Of a stretch of DNA of 64,000 nucleotides, positions 10,294-20,593 are shown one piece after another; the first letter of the stretch is position 1, and each line of letters begins with the position of its first letter. Source of the DNA: a virus. The notes under the pieces are model-generated. The model did no database searches. It worked only from the letters and a program-made list of their open reading frames with translations, and had not been told where the DNA came from. Where the stretch lies: IMG/VR virus record IMGVR_UViG_3300032287_004273, positions 1-64,000 of that record, one strand, 5' to 3'. The position numbers were made by a program, and so were the translations under genes.

Positions 10294-13200
10294 TTATATT
10301 AGTTTTCCTAAATTTGCTGCGCTTGAGCATATTTTATTAAATATATCATTTAGATTGGTTTCTGTATAAGCAGTACTACTTATATATATAGTATAAGTTT
10401 CTGGAAATGTTTTTAAATTTTCATCTATAGCATTAGTAATACTGGCGTAATTGTCAAAATTATTAGAGTCAAAAGAAATTTGTTTTGAAAACGAATATAC
10501 TATTGACGTTGAAGGATTTAAATTTTTTAAAAGATCCTTTATGATTGGTGGGCCTTGTTCAACAAATACTGTTGTGTATAAATCTTTCGTAGTAAATTTT
10601 GCATTATTTTCCAATAAATCATAAAATTCATATACTTCATAATCATAAGTATAAATTTTTAATTCTTCGTAATTGTTATCAGCTTGAATAAACTTATACA
10701 CATCACAAGTTCCAGTATTAGTGACTAATGTAGAATGAGGTTTTAAATTATCTGTATATGAGTACGCCTTATTTGGCAGTATTTTATAAGTAGCTTCAGT
10801 TGAAGTTGGTACACTTTCTGCACATTCAGTTAATTTACTTAAACTAAAATTATAAGAGCCGTCAAAATATTTTTGAAATATATCGTTAGTTAAAATAAAT
10901 GTTGATTTTTTAGTAGATGCGTAATTATCAATTCTATCTCTAAAATAATTAATATCTTCAGTCGTTAAATAACAACTTCTTAAGCCAATTAAGCTATTGC
11001 TGGCATCATAAATTTTCTTTACTTTAGCCCCACCTCCATACGGATTAGTCCAAGCCGTACTTGAAATTGGATTTTTTGTTTCATAAGGCAAGTAACTATT
11101 GAAAAATGAAGTTTGAAAAACGCATGTAGGATTACTGACTCTTGTGAAAGAGCCTGCAAAAATTTGATTTATATCTTGAGTTAAATAATTTGTTTCGAGT
11201 GTAGTTGTATTTGGTTTATAAGAGCTTCGCCTTATAAGGTAAATTTTTTGAGAATTATAATTCATTCTCTTAAAATAAGATGATAAAAAATTACGACTAT
11301 TTACATTTTTTGAACTTGAAACAACATTTGAATAAGCGTTTCTACCCAAATCTAATAATGCTTTTTGATTTACGGTGCCATAAATATCAAATTGGTAAGA
11401 TTTAAAAACTGTATCAGATTCAGTTTCTCCATATTTTTCATATCCAGTTTCGACCTCTAAAGAAACTACTGCAGGTAATTTAGCTCCAGCACCAATTTGC
11501 ATTTGGCTTTTTAAAATTGCTTTTTTATCGGCCTCTGAAAGAGATTTTGCAGTTTCGTTTCCACTAGTTAAATCTTTATCAATAAACTGCATGTCCAAAG
11601 TATTACCTACATTAGTTGCGCTATCAATTGTTATGTTTTCATAAAATGAATAAAGAAAAATAATATCGACATCATTTCTTAAAATATAATCTGAATTAGT
11701 ATTTGCTAAATAAATTGAATTTACATTATAATAATTTTTGCTTGCATCTCCAAAAACATTAAAATAAGTTGGATTTAAATTAATTTCATCTTGAGAGTAA
11801 TAAGGCATTAAATTACTTTTTATTGCATTTACTTCATAAAGATAAACGCCATTCAATAAATTTGAATTTATTTGTTGGGTTGAATTTAAAAAAGATTCCA
11901 AAATTAAAGAATCTTTTGTTCCATATACAAGGCCATTTGTAGTATTAGTTAATACCGTCTTAAAGGCTGGAAAATATGCGTCATTATTATTTTTAAATGC
12001 ATAATTTTGCAAGAAAAATTCTAATCCATCCAAAGTTAATTTTCCATTAACAAAATACTGAGTAAAACTAGATAAATATGAGTAATTGATTGATAAAAGA
12101 AAAATTGGCTCAAGTGATTCAGTAGTTAAGTAAATTAGAGTGCCAGAAGTAAAAGTTTGGTTTGTCGCAATAGGAATTGTTATATATTTATGTACGTTTG
12201 GATATTTTTCCGCAGAATAATTCGGTGCGTATTGATTTTTTTTATTTTCTGGAACATATTGATGATAACTATTTACAACCGTATCAGCATTTAAAAAAAT
12301 TACTTTTAAATTTAAATATGGAATAATATTAATTCCCACAATTGCTCTATGTCTTAATTCATTGGATTGAGGTTGAAATATAGAATATTGAAAAGTTAAT
12401 AATGAAAAAGAATAACCTGGAATTGATGGAGAAGGAGTAATTCCAGCCGCTTCAATCGAGAAATATGAAGTAGATAATATCTTAGCATTAGCTGGCAATC
12501 CATAACAATAATAAAGAAATCCATTTTCATCTAATGTTTTTAATTTTTGCTCAAGAGATGCGGGGCTATTTGAATAAGCGCTAGTATTAAAAGAATACAA
12601 CAATGCCGAAGAGTCTGAATTCGGAATTGAGTAATACATTAAGTTGCTATTTGAGGTTAAATCATATTTATTTACTCCTATATAAGTACTTGGATCTGTA
12701 AATATTGTTGAAAAAAGTCTTATTGCATTTCTATATGGAACATTATTTTGATCAGCTTTTGTTATACATTTATAATTTATTACTGCTGATTCTTTAGTAT
12801 CAGCACCATCTAAAATATATGCATTTTCTTTATTTTGTCCATATATTAATAAATATTTAGTAAGAGTCGTATTGCTTGTTGCATTATCTATTTTGGATAA
12901 AGTTCCAGCAAGTTGAGAATACGTTTTTCCTCCCAATGGAACGCTTGGAGTTCTAGCGTATTTTACTATTTTATATTTTGAATCTGTTACGATTGAAGTG
13001 CCTGGCTCTGATTCAAATTTACTAGCTAAATCTATATGATTTGTATCGCTAAGTGAATTTACCGCAATAGAAACATATACTTTTTCTACGTTATCGTTTG
13101 CTATATAATGAGTTACTGGAATAGCTTCTTGACAAGATCTTTGCGATGTAGCTTTGTCAAAGCTTGCATAATTAACTTGAATATTTCTTATAATATAAGG

Positions 13201-14493
13201 CTGTCCTCTACAGCTCATTTCAATAGGCCAATCAGAAATTTTTCTTACGTCATCGCTAGTTTCTTGATCTAAATTAATTGTTGCAATTGAATCGTAATTA
13301 GTTCCCAATCTTAAATCTTTAACTCTAGCAATTCCGCCATCTATAAGCGCTCCAGCAAACCAATTATTTTCCGCTAATCTAAATGGTCCAACTAATTCTT
13401 TTCCATACTCGGTATCTATATTAACTTCGTTAAATCCATCCAATGGACTTTGAATAGGATTACCATTTTTAAATTTTGAATTTACTAAATTATAATTAAA
13501 TAACGATGGATTATTTTGATATACAAAAATTGATGTTAAATATTTATTAAATACATCGTCTGAAATTTTTTTAATTCCGACTTCTTTACTATAAATAGAC
13601 CATATAAATAATTTTATATTAAATGTTTGTAATTTAATTTTAGATTCAGAAATTCCAGTGAGAAAACTTTTGAAAAAAGTTCTTTCCCCATTTGGCGTTA
13701 ATATTGGATTTAAAGCAAAAGTTTTAGGCATTTCAAAATAATTAAAAGAATTTAAATTTGTTGGACCTATTGTAAAATATACATAATCACTAAAATTAGG
13801 AATTGATATTTTTAATGGATAATTTTGATTTTGACCACCTTCAGTTGGATCAAAAAAAACTTTATCTAAATAAAATATAATTTCTGATAGATTGACAATT
13901 GTTAAAAATGGCTTTTCTCCCTCAGTTGGAGTATTGTCAAAATATCTTTTTAATTTTGATAAATTCGAAAGGTTAGAGTTTGTGTTTAATAAAAATTGAG
14001 AAATTGAAGTTTCTGGAGAATAAACGGTTATTGTCGAATTACTTTTTTGTGGAAAATCTATATCTCCATTATTTGCTGGAATAGAAGCTGCAGGAATCGT
14101 ATACTTATATGATGTACCTTTTGAAAATTCAGTTTGAGATAAGGCCCAAGCAGCTTTAACTTCGTTTGCTAAAAATGATATTTCAAATCTTTGTTTTGAA
14201 ATATCTGAAGTTTCTTTTATCGGAGTGTTATTTAAATATATCCCTTCGAAAACATTATCTTCGCTTACTTTTATTCCTTTTCTATTAACTAAACCTTCAA
14301 TTGGGCCATCTGAAATTAAATCAATCATTTCTGCATATGAAAATGAATTAATGGAACTAATATCTCCATTATTTGGTGGAACCAATGCATTGGGATATTG
14401 AGAGACAATGGGTGGGACTGGGGGTGTGAGAGAAGGCTTGCCAGCACCAGCGCCAAAAATTTCTAAAGATTTTTTATATAAAAAATGTTTCAT
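10294..14493 (-). CDS. Tail tip protein, lambda gpJ-like N-terminal part with large insertions
   Basis: IDLISDGPIEGLV...IYLNNTPI and GNPIQSPLDGF match the gpJ N-terminus; lies directly upstream of the J C-terminal ORF. Confidence 0.75.
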   Translation of the reverse strand: MKHFLYKKSLEIFGAGAGKPSLTPPVPPIVSQYPNALVPPNNGDISSINSFSYAEMIDLISDGPIEGLVNRKGIKVSEDNVFEGIYLNNTPIKETSDISKQRFEISFLANEVKAAWALSQTEFSKGTSYKYTIPAASIPANNGDIDFPQKSNSTITVYSPETSISQFLLNTNSNLSNLSKLKRYFDNTPTEGEKPFLTIVNLSEIIFYLDKVFFDPTEGGQNQNYPLKISIPNFSDYVYFTIGPTNLNSFNYFEMPKTFALNPILTPNGERTFFKSFLTGISESKIKLQTFNIKLFIWSIYSKEVGIKKISDDVFNKYLTSIFVYQNNPSLFNYNLVNSKFKNGNPIQSPLDGFNEVNIDTEYGKELVGPFRLAENNWFAGALIDGGIARVKDLRLGTNYDSIATINLDQETSDDVRKISDWPIEMSCRGQPYIIRNIQVNYASFDKATSQRSCQEAIPVTHYIANDNVEKVYVSIAVNSLSDTNHIDLASKFESEPGTSIVTDSKYKIVKYARTPSVPLGGKTYSQLAGTLSKIDNATSNTTLTKYLLIYGQNKENAYILDGADTKESAVINYKCITKADQNNVPYRNAIRLFSTIFTDPSTYIGVNKYDLTSNSNLMYYSIPNSDSSALLYSFNTSAYSNSPASLEQKLKTLDENGFLYYCYGLPANAKILSTSYFSIEAAGITPSPSIPGYSFSLLTFQYSIFQPQSNELRHRAIVGINIIPYLNLKVIFLNADTVVNSYHQYVPENKKNQYAPNYSAEKYPNVHKYITIPIATNQTFTSGTLIYLTTESLEPIFLLSINYSYLSSFTQYFVNGKLTLDGLEFFLQNYAFKNNNDAYFPAFKTVLTNTTNGLVYGTKDSLILESFLNSTQQINSNLLNGVYLYEVNAIKSNLMPYYSQDEINLNPTYFNVFGDASKNYYNVNSIYLANTNSDYILRNDVDIIFLYSFYENITIDSATNVGNTLDMQFIDKDLTSGNETAKSLSEADKKAILKSQMQIGAGAKLPAVVSLEVETGYEKYGETESDTVFKSYQFDIYGTVNQKALLDLGRNAYSNVVSSSKNVNSRNFLSSYFKRMNYNSQKIYLIRRSSYKPNTTTLETNYLTQDINQIFAGSFTRVSNPTCVFQTSFFNSYLPYETKNPISSTAWTNPYGGGAKVKKIYDASNSLIGLRSCYLTTEDINYFRDRIDNYASTKKSTFILTNDIFQKYFDGSYNFSLSKLTECAESVPTSTEATYKILPNKAYSYTDNLKPHSTLVTNTGTCDVYKFIQADNNYEELKIYTYDYEVYEFYDLLENNAKFTTKDLYTTVFVEQGPPIIKDLLKNLNPSTSIVYSFSKQISFDSNNFDNYASITNAIDENLKTFPETYTIYISSTAYTETNLNDIFNKICSSAANLGKLI

Positions 14494-15143
14494 TAATAAA
14501 GTAATTGATTATCTTTTATTGCAACCTCGTCTGAAAAATTAAAATTTGTATCATAATTTTTTATGGAACTAAAAATTAAAGACGAAGCAACTCTCATTTT
14601 TCCAAAACCAATTGGGATAACTGATCCTTGTGTAGCGTTATTGTTTGGATTAGAAAATATATAACTTCTTCCCGCAGAACTAACTGCAGATGTCATTCCG
14701 CCAACAGAAACTCTTTGTGCTGGTTGTGGAGGTTCGCTTTGTTTATTTATGCTATTCATTATCATGGAAATGCCTACGCTTAAAGCTGTTGAAAGCAAAG
14801 TATTAACCAATGTAGCAACAATAAAATTTCCAATTGTTCCAGCAGCTAAACCTATTCCTGCGGCAACCATACCTCCTATCGGTCCAGTCCCATTTATGCA
14901 TGGAACTATATTGATTTGTGTTATTTTTCTTTTTTCCAAAAAACTATTTTTATTTTCGACTAATTCTCCATCAATAATTATTAAATAATCATAATTATTT
15001 TTAGATAAAGAATAAAGTTTCTTTATGAAACCAGGCCTGTTGCACTCTATGGCATTAATTGCTGAATTTCCATTAGCAATACAAAGTTTAAAATGTTTTC
15101 CAAAAATTTTTCCAAGCATTCCATGTAAATACACGTCAGTCAT
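14493..15143 (-). CDS. Tail assembly protein I-like (copy 2)
   Basis: YLHGMLGKIFG; SYIFSNPNNNATQGSVIPIGFG. Confidence 0.85.
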   Translation of the reverse strand: MTDVYLHGMLGKIFGKHFKLCIANGNSAINAIECNRPGFIKKLYSLSKNNYDYLIIIDGELVENKNSFLEKRKITQINIVPCINGTGPIGGMVAAGIGLAAGTIGNFIVATLVNTLLSTALSVGISMIMNSINKQSEPPQPAQRVSVGGMTSAVSSAGRSYIFSNPNNNATQGSVIPIGFGKMRVASSLIFSSIKNYDTNFNFSDEVAIKDNQLLY

Positions 15144-15144
15144 T

Positions 15145-15879
15145 TTAATTATAATTTATTTCAGGAGATGTTTTAATTTGTTCTTCAAATGACGAATTTG
15201 TATCAAAACTTTTTAGAGAAACAAAAATCACATTTGAACTACACTTATACCTACCATAACCAATTGGAATTCTATTCCCTTGTGTTCCAGAATTTTCATT
15301 ATTTGAAAATAAAAAAGATCTATTTTGGGCTTCTGTTGATGATGCATTTCCTCCAGTGTGAGAAGTTTGCTGTGCGACTGCTTGAGGCGAATCTCTCGAT
15401 GTTATCGCCATTATGCCTTGCACTAGCAAGCTTAAACCAGTAGACACTAAAGCTGAAGCGATTACTCCGAGCGTTGAGAAAGTAGTAACACCTATTGTAA
15501 AAGTGCCAAGAAACGCTGCGCTTGCAGCAGCTGTAGTAGCAGCTGACATTGAGCCAACTACCGCTCCTCCAGTAGCTAAAAATGACAGACTTAAGCCAGC
15601 CATCATTAATGCTCCAACTCCAACAACTACAAGTACGACCGCTATTATAATAAGAAACTTTTTTCCACTTCCAGATAATATTGGCACAAAATATAAATTA
15701 GAATCTTTTCTAATTATTGAATAATGACAACCCTTATTAGATAATTCAATTAATTTTTTTCTAAATCCATTTTTAACGCAATCAATAGAATCAATGACTT
15801 TATTCAAATTCCCTAAATGGATTTGAATTTTTTTTCCAAAAATTTTACCCAAATAACCTTCGAAAATTATAGTAGTCAT
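15145..15879 (-). CDS. Tail assembly protein I-like (copy 1)
   Basis: GYLGKIFG; SFLFSNNENSGTQGNRIPIGYG. Confidence 0.85.
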   Translation of the reverse strand: MTTIIFEGYLGKIFGKKIQIHLGNLNKVIDSIDCVKNGFRKKLIELSNKGCHYSIIRKDSNLYFVPILSGSGKKFLIIIAVVLVVVGVGALMMAGLSLSFLATGGAVVGSMSAATTAAASAAFLGTFTIGVTTFSTLGVIASALVSTGLSLLVQGIMAITSRDSPQAVAQQTSHTGGNASSTEAQNRSFLFSNNENSGTQGNRIPIGYGRYKCSSNVIFVSLKSFDTNSSFEEQIKTSPEINYN

Positions 15880-16289
15880 GCTAATTCCTTTAACCTTTGC
15901 ATTATATTTACATCATAATCTTTGTTTTTGGGCTCATAAATAGAAAATTTTTCAGTAGTCACAGAATATATGAGAAATGGAAAACAGCAATTTTCAGAAG
16001 TTTTTTCGTCAAAATCAGATGGAGATGAATCGCCATATAAATGCGTATGATATATAACTAATATCCTATAATTTTTCATAAAACTTAAATAATCGAATGG
16101 ATCTATTAAAAAATAAGCTTCTGGACTTTTTGATCTATTTTGCATTTTTTTATAAACAATATTATCATTTTCATCCAAGCCCACTAAACCACATAATTCT
16201 GCAAATAAACTATAATCCCCTTCTTTTTTTAAAAAACTAATTAATTCTTTAGAATTTTTAAAATAAAATAAGTTTTCAGAATCATTCAT
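15876..16289 (-). CDS. Tail assembly protein K-like JAB/MPN metalloprotease domain
   Basis: ELCG...YHTH...PSDFD JAMM motif; lies between L and I; start taken at ATG 16289. Confidence 0.85.
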   Translation of the reverse strand: MNDSENLFYFKNSKELISFLKKEGDYSLFAELCGLVGLDENDNIVYKKMQNRSKSPEAYFLIDPFDYLSFMKNYRILVIYHTHLYGDSSPSDFDEKTSENCCFPFLIYSVTTEKFSIYEPKNKDYDVNIMQRLKELA

Positions 16290-17331
16290 ATTTAAATTTG
16301 TCAGTTCCAGGAAATCCTCCAAAAGGTAAAACAGAATTAACTTCTAGAGTGTCATTATAGGCAATATAACCTTTTGAATTTATAAAACTATTTTTTAAAA
16401 ATCTTTTTTGACATGCAGATACGCTTTTGGAACAGCCATCTTTTTCCCAACTTAATAAATCCTTATTTGGAGAATTGTATTTATTTGCTGAATTATTTTT
16501 TATGCAAACAAACCAAGTTCTAGCGGGATCTTTTAATCCATTAATATCTAAATTTTCAACATATGCAATATCGCCAGCAATATAGGACTTACCAATAGTC
16601 CATACAAATTTTTTAATTGTTTCTTCAAAAGTTCCATTTATATAATTTCCCGCTGCATCTTTAATATGCATTGTTGAAGATGGAGGAATTGTAAAATCTG
16701 TATCATCCTCCTTGCAGATTAAATCTCCTTGATAATTGCAACCTAGCCCCCTATATTGCCAATAACAATACCTACCATATATTCCCCTACTAGCAGTTTC
16801 TAAACTTTCTAAATCAAATGGAGTAATTAATTCAAATTGAATTATTTGTTTATTCTCAATAATTTTTTGAGATATTAAATATCTTTCTTTTGAAATATAA
16901 GCTAATTCATTGGGAGATCCAAATGGGTTTTCTCCACCATCAAAATTTACAGCATCCAAATGTTTTAAAAATAATTTTATTCTAACAAATTTTCCATTTC
17001 TAAAGTCAGAATAATCTCTAAGTATATTTGATATAATATAGTCAACATTTGCTACGGTAACTTTTGGCCTTGGTAATCTACCCATTATGTTCGCTTCAAA
17101 ACCTTCAACTTGAATCGCTGTAGCGTAATAAGAATTTTTATTCCATATAATATCTTTTGTTAAATTATTTGTTCCCGAATGGAATCTAAAAGGTTCTTCA
17201 TCAACATCAAAATAAAGTTCGTAAAGCTCAATAACTGCTGTTGGTTCATTCTCAATCAAAGATTTGCCTACTAACGATCTGGCACTCTCCCCCAGTAAAA
17301 TTCTTTGATCTATTTCTACTCCATTAGACAT
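16282..17331 (-). CDS. Minor tail protein L
   Basis: IELYEL, LPRPKVTVAN, CYWQYRGLGCNY, DGCSK...C..RF, LPFGGFPG. Confidence 0.92.
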   Translation of the reverse strand: MSNGVEIDQRILLGESARSLVGKSLIENEPTAVIELYELYFDVDEEPFRFHSGTNNLTKDIIWNKNSYYATAIQVEGFEANIMGRLPRPKVTVANVDYIISNILRDYSDFRNGKFVRIKLFLKHLDAVNFDGGENPFGSPNELAYISKERYLISQKIIENKQIIQFELITPFDLESLETASRGIYGRYCYWQYRGLGCNYQGDLICKEDDTDFTIPPSSTMHIKDAAGNYINGTFEETIKKFVWTIGKSYIAGDIAYVENLDINGLKDPARTWFVCIKNNSANKYNSPNKDLLSWEKDGCSKSVSACQKRFLKNSFINSKGYIAYNDTLEVNSVLPFGGFPGTDKFKYE

Positions 17332-17396
17332 ATATTATAATAAAATTTAAAATAAAAAAGTTGACTTTATCTTAGAATAGTTTACACTCTTATTGT

Positions 17397-17924
17397 ATGA
17401 TTTTCAGAAGCAAATACGATCACACTGGAGAAAGTCAGAAAATGGGACAGTCTGCAGAAAGTCTTTTTGAAGATTTAGCAAGGCAAAAAAACTTAAATCC
17501 TATTAAAGCGACGAAAAAGCAACAAATTTCTCATATAGATTTTATTTTAACTGCAAAAAATAATTTAAAATATTTTGTAGACGTTAAAGCAAGAAAAAAA
17601 AGCTGCAGAAGCGATTCAAAAGTTGATGACGAATTAGTTTGGGTAGAATTTAAAAATGTTTCTGGAAATAAAGGATGGATTTATGGCGCAGCAGATTACA
17701 TTGCTTTTGAAAGAGAAGATGATTTTATTATAGTGTCAAGATTAAACTTAATTACTTTATGTGACCGTTTAATCAATAAAAATTTAAAAACAAATACCTC
17801 CAAAGAGGCGCTATATAAAGTGTATTCACGAATAGGTAGAAATGATGAAATTTCTATGATTAAAATGCAAGATATTTTAAAGAATATTAAAACTACAATA
17901 TGGAAAAAATCTCAGCAGATTTAA
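17397..17924 (+). CDS. PD-(D/E)xK nuclease-like protein
   Basis: GQSAE...HIDF...VDVKARK...WVEFKNVSG. Confidence 0.65.
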   Translation: MIFRSKYDHTGESQKMGQSAESLFEDLARQKNLNPIKATKKQQISHIDFILTAKNNLKYFVDVKARKKSCRSDSKVDDELVWVEFKNVSGNKGWIYGAADYIAFEREDDFIIVSRLNLITLCDRLINKNLKTNTSKEALYKVYSRIGRNDEISMIKMQDILKNIKTTIWKKSQQI

Positions 17925-18172
17925 AAGTAGTAGGAACAAATAATCTTCTAAAAAATTATTTGGATAAAGAATTTAAAGCTTTATCAATTTCAGCAAATGA
18001 CAGTAAATGCATTCTATGCAAACTTTGGGATAATAAACTTTTGGAGGAAATTTACTTTAATCAAAGCCCTAAAATTGAAATTACTTCTTACGGAATAACA
18101 ATTGAGGGTATGGCTCAAGTTGGATATTTAATAGGAAATATAAAAGTGCTTTTAACAAACATTAACAAATGA
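17900..18172 (+). CDS. Hypothetical protein
   Basis: 90-aa ORF coupled to its neighbours. Confidence 0.6.
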   Translation: MEKISADLKVVGTNNLLKNYLDKEFKALSISANDSKCILCKLWDNKLLEEIYFNQSPKIEITSYGITIEGMAQVGYLIGNIKVLLTNINK

Positions 18173-19134
18173 AAGAAATGTTTTCTTATAAAGATGTAGT
18201 TTTACTTCCAAATTATTCCGAAGTAAAATCAAGAGATAATTTATCAGCACAGGTAGATTTTCTTGGTACTAAATTTAAATTGCCAGTTTTGCCAGCCAAT
18301 ATGGCTTGCACGATTAATTTTAAATGGGCAGAAACTCTTGCAAATGAAGGTTATTTTTATATTTTGCACAGATTTTATGAACACAAGGAAATTTTACAAT
18401 GGCTAACTGAAAAAAATTATTCTAACTTTCCTTTGAGTATTAGCGTTGGAGTCAAAGATGCTGATTACGATCTACTCGAAAATTTAGCAGAAAATAATTA
18501 CAAAGTTGATTTCGTTACAATTGATGTAGCGCATGGACATAACATTCTTGTCAAAAATATCTGCAAGTTTTTTCACCATTTGCCTTGGACTAAAAAGCCA
18601 AAATTAATTGTTGGAAATGTTGGTTCTATTTCGGGAGCAAAAGATTTAATTGAGTGGGGTGCTGACGCAATTAAGGTTGGACTTTCTATGGGTGCAGCAT
18701 GCACTACATACAATAATACTGGAGTTGGTACGCCAATGTATTCTATTATTTCCGAAATCAAAGAAGCAATGGAAAACAAAATTATGCTAAAAGTTCCAAT
18801 TATTGCTGATGGACAAGTTAGAGAAGTGGGAGATGCGTGCAAAGCTCTTCATGCTGGAGCAGAAATGGTCATGGTGGGAGGTATGTTTGCGACTTGTTAC
18901 GATAGCGCAGCGCCATTTAACGGCGACAAAAAAGTTTTCTATGGCTCTGCTTCTGCAAGGAACAAAGGAGAAGAGAAATATATAGAAGGAAAAGAAAGTT
19001 TAATGCAACCATCAAAAGACTCTACCCTTGTTCTTTTAAAAAAATTTGAGCAAGGAATTAAGTCATCAATGTCATACGCTGGAGCATCATCGCCTTACGA
19101 ATTGTGTAAAATGGAAGTAAGGAAAAGAGTATGA
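18169..19134 (+). CDS. guaC: GMP reductase
   Basis: PANM, YILHRF, TIDVAHGH, GADAIKVG...ACTT, PIIADG, FYGSAS, SSMSYAG; no CBS domains. Confidence 0.9.
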   Translation: MKEMFSYKDVVLLPNYSEVKSRDNLSAQVDFLGTKFKLPVLPANMACTINFKWAETLANEGYFYILHRFYEHKEILQWLTEKNYSNFPLSISVGVKDADYDLLENLAENNYKVDFVTIDVAHGHNILVKNICKFFHHLPWTKKPKLIVGNVGSISGAKDLIEWGADAIKVGLSMGAACTTYNNTGVGTPMYSIISEIKEAMENKIMLKVPIIADGQVREVGDACKALHAGAEMVMVGGMFATCYDSAAPFNGDKKVFYGSASARNKGEEKYIEGKESLMQPSKDSTLVLLKKFEQGIKSSMSYAGASSPYELCKMEVRKRV

Positions 19135-19799
19135 CTCCCGAAATCAAAAACAAAATACAAAGAATTTTAAACTATATAGAATCTGGCTCGCAAAATGGAA
19201 ATTATGCAGCCATATCCCTGTATAAGGATGGGCCAAATCAAATCAAGCAAATCACATTCGGCAAAAGCCAAACAACAGAATGGGGTAATTTAAATAAATT
19301 AATATCCTTATATGTTGAAAAAGATGGAAAATTTGCAGACGAGTTAAAACCATACCTACAAAAGATTGGAAAAGTTTCATTGGTTAATGATGCAAATTTA
19401 CTTTCAATTTTAAAAGCTTCTGGTTTAGATCCAATCATGCAAGAATCTCAAGATGAATTTTTTGATGAACATTATTGGAAGCCTGCAGTGAAATGGTTCG
19501 AATCAAACAAGTTTACTTTGCCGCTTTCTATGTTGGTGATTTATGATTCTTTTATTCATTCTGGTAGTATTTTAAGCTTTTTAAGGAATAAATTTTCTGC
19601 TTCAATTCCTTCTAAGGGTGGAGATGAAAAAGAATGGATCACTTCTTACTTGAACGTGAGGCACGAATGGCTCAAGAATCACTCCAATCCCATTCTTAGA
19701 AAAACCATCTACAGAACAAGAGACATGCTCTTAGCAGTAGAAAAGGAAAACTGGGATCTTGAGCAAGTTTATCACTGCAACGGCGAAAATATCAGTTGA
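19131..19799 (+). CDS. Chitosanase-like (GH46, lysozyme superfamily) hydrolase; candidate endolysin
   Basis: ESG...QITFGKSQTTEWGNL, QDEFFDEHYWKPA, VIYDSFIHSG. Confidence 0.7.
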   Translation: MTPEIKNKIQRILNYIESGSQNGNYAAISLYKDGPNQIKQITFGKSQTTEWGNLNKLISLYVEKDGKFADELKPYLQKIGKVSLVNDANLLSILKASGLDPIMQESQDEFFDEHYWKPAVKWFESNKFTLPLSMLVIYDSFIHSGSILSFLRNKFSASIPSKGGDEKEWITSYLNVRHEWLKNHSNPILRKTIYRTRDMLLAVEKENWDLEQVYHCNGENIS

Positions 19800-19844
19800 C
19801 TTTTGAAAACTTCTGATGTATTATCTGGGAGATATACGAAATTT

Positions 19845-20111
19845 ATGAATGAAGAAATCCCTACAATCAGCGAGGCAATTAGCAAAGCGAACTCAGCTCA
19901 AGTAGATTGCCTTTGGGCCATCTTGAAATACAAGGAAATTGGTATCTTGCGCAAAATCAAGTGTATGGCCGAAGTTCTTAATTTTGATCTAGATTTAGCT
20001 TGCAAGGAATTGCCAATTAATGAAAATGGCTTTATCGTAGATTATAAAAGCCGTCATATGATTCATGATATCCTTCTTGATAAGTCAAAACAACTTGCAG
20101 GAAGAAATTAA
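19845..20111 (+). CDS. Hypothetical protein
   Basis: ATG downstream of TTGACT-N17-TATTAT. Confidence 0.65.
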   Translation: MNEEIPTISEAISKANSAQVDCLWAILKYKEIGILRKIKCMAEVLNFDLDLACKELPINENGFIVDYKSRHMIHDILLDKSKQLAGRN

Positions 20112-20115
20112 AAAA

Positions 20116-20340
20116 ATGGAAGAAAAGTCAGTTCCTCAATTTGACGAGTTGCTTTCTGTCGTAAGTTACGAGATCCTTGATGGTAAGGACGAATACGTAA
20201 CTTCTTACAGTGCCGATCTCAAAAAAAATACGAATGGTCGTCTTGATGGTCTAAAAATGGCTAAAGATACTCTGAGGTATCGTCCAGATTATAGACTTTA
20301 TGAAGTATATTCTAATGGGTATAGGAAACTGATTGATTAA
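20116..20340 (+). CDS. Hypothetical protein
   Basis: ORF directly before the tRNA cluster. Confidence 0.6.
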   Translation: MEEKSVPQFDELLSVVSYEILDGKDEYVTSYSADLKKNTNGRLDGLKMAKDTLRYRPDYRLYEVYSNGYRKLID

Positions 20341-20346
20341 TTTAAT

Positions 20347-20422
20347 CGCAGGTTGGACAAGAGGTTAAGTCGTTTGGCTCATAACCAAAAGATCGGGGGT
20401 TCAAATCCCTCACCTGCAACCA
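20347..20422 (+). tRNA. tRNA-Met(CAT), initiator-like
   Basis: Cloverleaf; anticodon arm TTTGG-CTCATAA-CCAAA; T-loop TTCAAAT; C1:A72 mismatch; encoded CCA. Confidence 0.9.
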
Positions 20423-20584
20423 CTTTCGAGTAACCACAAACCCACTGGTAGTAGGAGGGGCTGTAATTGGAATGTAGCAGCCTGTAATTCCTGCTCGAAA
20501 GCGACACATGCCTCTCTGTGAATACGGGGTGCTTGGTCTGGGTTTCCAGACGCTGAGTTGTGCGACTAATCGGAGAGACGATTA
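20423..20584 (+). ncRNA. Unassigned structured RNA, copy A
   Basis: Stem CTTTCGAG/CTCGAAAG, internal hairpins, terminal TAATCG-GAGAGA-CGATTA hairpin; motif order shared with copy B. Confidence 0.65.
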
Positions 20585-20593
20585 TAATCAGTT

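Noticed and set aside
5998-14493. Stop-codon reassignment or an intron as the cause of the split gpJ
   Set aside because: The halves are out of frame and only 9 nt apart, and other genes translate cleanly with the standard code
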